From assembly GCF_003334385.1 (NCBI RefSeq), contig NZ_QOWN01000180.1: a DNA stretch of 443 nucleotides; one strand, given 5' to 3'. The notes below the pieces were generated by a model. That model made no database searches and was not told where the DNA came from. It worked only from the letters and a program-made list of their open reading frames with translations. The DNA is from Escherichia coli (GTDB lineage: Bacteria > Pseudomonadota > Gammaproteobacteria > Enterobacterales > Enterobacteriaceae). Numbering within the stretch: the stretch's first letter is position 1; every line of letters begins with the position of its first letter. Made by a program: the position numbers and the translations under genes. Shown here piece after piece: positions 1-443 of this stretch.

Positions 1-245
1 ATGCCGCTACACTTTAGCCAGCCCATGTTTTCCACCGGGGAATGGGCTGACGGTATCCATAAAGTGACAAACCTTTTCAACAACTGCCACATTGAACGGC
101 ACGGGTGATTTCGGATTATTGTCTCATGAAGCGCCTGCCACAACCGTTCGACATGATTCACCCACGGCGAGTAAACTGGCTGATAAATCATCCTGAACTT
201 CGGATCAATATCCGGCACTTCATTCTCTGATATCTCCGACCCGCA
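1..245 (-). pseudogene. IS630/Tc1-mariner-like (DDE_3-type) transposase, 5'-truncated C-terminal remnant; open frame runs off the window at position 1
   Basis: Minus-strand translation from 245 down to 1 is open for about 81 codons: [81 protein letters not shown]. The motif YSP-x-V-N-H-V-E-x-x-W has the same spacing as the IS630-family YSPxLNPIExxW motif that carries the catalytic Glu, and is followed by the usual basic/hydrophobic tail. An in-frame TAA (plus-strand 246-248) lies only about 32 codons upstream of that Glu, so the rest of the catalytic domain is absent. First in-frame ATG is at 192-194 with no good Shine-Dalgarno. Family call is from memory of motifs, not a search. Confidence 0.5.
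19..49. repeat. Inverted repeat with 8-bp arms (cagcccat / atgggctg) and a 15-nt spacer
   Basis: Read directly: 19-26 cagcccat is the reverse complement of 42-49 atgggctg; spacer 27-41 is gttttccaccgggga. It lies inside the minus-strand transposase remnant. No U/T run follows on either strand, so it is not an intrinsic terminator. Confidence 0.25.
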
Positions 246-250
246 TTAAT

Positions 251-370
251 CTGAAAGAAATAGAAATTCACTGGTGTGAAGTGCTACGTCTGGCGACCTC
301 AATAAAACAGGGAACAGTGACAGCATCCCTGATGCTGAGAAAACTTGCCAATTACCCCAAACAAAAGTAA
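251..370 (+). pseudogene. Tn3-family transposase (TnpA) internal fragment, truncated at both ends
   Basis: Plus-strand frame (codons at 251, 254, ...) reads [39 protein letters not shown] then stop TAA at 368-370. This resembles the conserved C-terminal-region block of Tn3-family TnpA, recalled as roughly HWDD-LLRLA-S-K-GTV-AS-LL-KL-AYPRQNGLA. The frame is open back to 197 but has no start codon or ribosome-binding site, and it stops where intact TnpA would continue. No Tn3-type 38-bp terminal inverted repeat is present. Confidence 0.7.
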
Positions 371-391
371 GCGTACAGCCTGAACCGTCTG

Positions 392-404
392 GTCAGAATC
401 TGAC
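392..404. repeat. 13-bp perfect palindrome gtcaga-a-tctgac
   Basis: Read directly: 392-397 gtcaga is the reverse complement of 399-404 tctgac, around a single central A at 398. The loop is too short for a stable hairpin, so if functional it is more likely a dimeric protein-binding site. Function is unknown. Confidence 0.3.
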
Positions 405-443
405 GAATTAGACAAAGTGGTGTCCACCAAATAAGTAGTGGGA

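Noticed and set aside
19-49. The 8-bp stem / 15-nt loop as a Rho-independent terminator
   Set aside because: No T/U run follows the stem on either strand, and the structure is inside coding sequence.
200-215. Minus-strand sigma70-like promoter: -35 TTGATC, 17-nt spacer, -10 TATCAG
   Set aside because: The -10 hexamer lacks the critical final T and the element lies inside a coding remnant, overlapping its first ATG. It is not convincing without expression data.
197-250. Upstream extension of the TnpA-like frame ([18 protein letters not shown]) as part of the TnpA fragment
   Set aside because: This stretch overlaps the better-supported minus-strand transposase motif and has no recognisable TnpA character. 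The openness of the frame here is probably coincidental.
302-442. 47-codon open frame on the minus strand (PTTYLVDTTLSNSSDSDQTV…CSLFY), stop at plus-strand 299-301, open at the window end
   Set aside because: It is antisense to the well-supported Tn3-family TnpA fragment and resembles no family I recognise; the composition is low-complexity. Most likely a shadow frame, though it cannot be excluded that it is the end of a gene starting beyond 443.
371-443. Tn3-type terminal inverted repeat or another recognisable IS end at the end of the TnpA fragment
   Set aside because: No GGGG-led 38-bp Tn3-like repeat is present, and the segment did not match any IS terminus I could recall. No claim can be made without a database search.
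1-443. CRISPR array, tRNA or other structured RNA gene
   Set aside because: There are no direct repeats with regular spacing, and no cloverleaf-compatible arrangement of stems. The only repeats are the two short palindromic elements already listed.

Overview
This 443-bp window looks like a mobile-element scar, not an intact gene or a novel system. Two unrelated transposase remnants lie on opposite strands and are both cut off at their 5' ends near position 245-250. On the minus strand (1-245) is the C-terminal part of an IS630/Tc1-mariner-like DDE transposase, recognised by a YSPWVNHVERLW motif. On the plus strand (about 251-370) is an internal piece of a Tn3-family TnpA transposase, recognised by [32 protein letters not shown], which ends in a premature stop. 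Positions 371-443 could not be assigned; they contain a 13-bp perfect palindrome. I found no intact gene, RNA gene, CRISPR array, convincing promoter or intrinsic terminator. All homology calls come from manual translation and remembered family motifs, not from a database search.
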